Below, one piece after another: positions 23,614 to 24,811 of a DNA stretch of 24,811 nt (positions within the stretch are counted from its first letter, which is position 1; each line of letters starts with the position of its first letter). Under the pieces are notes generated by a model. It ran no database searches. It was given only the letters and a program-made list of their open reading frames with translations, and was not told the origin of the DNA. A program made the translations under genes and the position numbers. This DNA comes from an uncultured Thermoleophilia bacterium (GTDB taxonomy: Bacteria; Actinomycetota; Thermoleophilia; UBA2241): contig CAYMTC010000001.1 of the NCBI GenBank assembly GCA_964393265.1, positions 1 to 24,811 of the forward strand, in the 5' to 3' direction.

Positions 23614-24784
23614 GAGCCACCTCCTCTCGCTGCTCGATCTCGGCGTAGACAGCCGCCACCTGGTCAAAGAGGTCGCGCATACATGCCGCGCGGCCGTCGC
23701 CATGGGCGAGGACCGTGCAGACGGGATGGCCGGGCTTGAAGATCTGCGCCGGCCGCGGTACGTCACGCAGGCCACGGAGCAGCCAGTGGTCCGTGTCCGG
23801 CGCGGCACTCACCCGTCGCGCAAAGACGACACCCTTAGCGTGACAGCCAGCCGCTGGCCAGGCCGGAACCGCCTCGGGAAGCCTGCCCTCCAGCGCCTCC
23901 AGGTGGAGCTTGAAGACGTTCACCCCGTAGGCGCGTTCTATGAGCTCCAGGGAGGCTGAAGGCCGAGGGTTGACCTCGACCAGGTGAGCCTCGACGTCGC
24001 CATCCGACAGCGGCGTGACGACCAGGTCGAGACCGTTGAGCCCCACCAGCCCGAACCGCGCGGTAAGGAGCTGTGCCATGTGTGCCACGCGCTCGTAGAG
24101 TGCGTCGCCAGCGGCGGCCACGGTCGGCGTGGGACCCAGCGCGAGCGGCAAGACATTGCCACACCACGCGAAGCCGCTCGCGCCCAGATCGTGCCGGCCC
24201 AGGAGCTGTTCCGTGAGGCCAAGCAGCACGCAGTCGCGTCCGTCGGCGACAAAGGCCGCGGAGGCCGCCACGCCCTCTATACGCGCCTGCAAGAAGTGGT
24301 CGCCGTCGATGGGCTCCCCACGCCACGGTCGTACTCCGTGGCCGCCGCCACTGCGGATCCGCTTGCGCAGCCAGACACGTCCGTCAGCGGCCTGCGACTC
24401 CTCGCCCGAGAGGAGGGTGGGCGGGTAGGCGATCCCCACCTCGCCGCAGAAGCGCCGCAGGACACGCTGATCGCGCACCTGTTCGAGCGTCGCCGCGGCG
24501 TTGCCCCGCACCCTGCGGTGCTGGGCAAGTCGCCGCACGGCTTGCGGATGGTTCTCAAGATTGGCGCCGTAGACGACTGCGTCAGCAGGGATGCGCAGCG
24601 CTGCCTCGACCAACCCGTCGGCTGTCATGGGCAACGCAAGGTCTCGAGGCAGCGCGTAGCTCTCTGCCACGCGTTCCTGATCACGGTCGCCGAAGAAGTC
24701 GGCGGCGGCGGCACGTACCCCGCCTGCCGCCGCCGACTCGGCGATCATCCGCGTGCTGACGCCGATGAGAAGGACGCGGTCTAC
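23573..24784 (-). CDS. ATP-grasp carboligase of the OrfY/MyfA (COG2232-like) family
   Basis: RVLLIGVSTR...DFFGDRD, GANLENHP, KRIRSGGGHGV, LQARIEG..AS, GLNGLD, VEVNPRPSASLE, GHPVCTV. The conserved N-terminus lies upstream of ATG 24748; the only SD-supported position is GTA 24784. Confidence 0.85.
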   Translation of the reverse strand, partial: VDRVLLIGVSTRMIAESAAAGGVRAAAADFFGDRDQERVAESYALPRDLALPMTADGLVEAALRIPADAVVYGANLENHPQAVRRLAQHRRVRGNAAATLEQVRDQRVLRRFCGEVGIAYPPTLLSGEESQAADGRVWLRKRIRSGGGHGVRPWRGEPIDGDHFLQARIEGVAASAAFVADGRDCVLLGLTEQLLGRHDLGASGFAWCGNVLPLALGPTPTVAAAGDALYERVAHMAQLLTARFGLVGLNGLDLVVTPLSDGDVEAHLVEVNPRPSASLELIERAYGVNVFKLHLEALEGRLPEAVPAWPAAGCHAKGVVFARRVSAAPDTDHWLLRGLRDVPRPAQIFKPGHPVCTVLAHGDGRAACMRDLFDQVAAVYAEIEQREEVAREPSAQAGRRARS

Positions 24785-24811
24785 TGTGCAAGCTCCTTCG
24801 CCAGCTCGAAG
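24781..24811 (-). CDS. C-terminal 9 residues (FELAKELAQ*) of a truncated upstream gene, possibly MtdA/MtdB methylene-H4MPT dehydrogenase
   Basis: Resembles the Mtd C-terminal helix (xYKLAKEMA-like), and mtdB-orfY adjacency is the usual order in methylotroph clusters; only 31 nt are visible. Confidence 0.35.
   Translation of the reverse strand, partial: FELAKELAQ

Overview
High-GC bacterial window; by inference from an anaerobic Actinomycetota-like organism (rubrerythrin, plus an exported RCC1 protein whose C-terminal domain resembles those of uncultured Thermoleophilia-type genomes). The left 12.6 kb holds a 5'-truncated divergent transketolase, a small membrane protein divergent from a TetR regulator with palindromic operator sites, a site-2 protease/CBS protein, an RCC1-repeat exported protein, rubrerythrin, a membrane protein, a steroid 5-alpha-reductase/DedA/M42 peptidase run and an archaeal-type (COG1665-like) nucleotidyltransferase. 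The right 12.1 kb (12683-24811, continuing past the edge) is a dense methanofuran/tetrahydromethanopterin (MFR/H4MPT) C1 cluster: mfnB, mfnE, mfnF, mfnD, orf17 (HisA-like), orf7 (CitG-like), orf5 (RimK-like), mch, ftr, orf20 (DHPS-like), archaeal-type mptA, an unassigned 160-aa ORF, orfY (ATP-grasp) and the last codons of a probable Mtd. Main oddities: orf17 sits antisense inside the operon and shares a CATG start with mfnD, several genes have a good Shine-Dalgarno followed by a non-canonical start codon, and the nucleotidyltransferase carries a 4x14-aa repeat insertion. No tRNA, rRNA, CRISPR array or mobile element was seen. All family assignments come from recognising motifs by eye; no database search was run.
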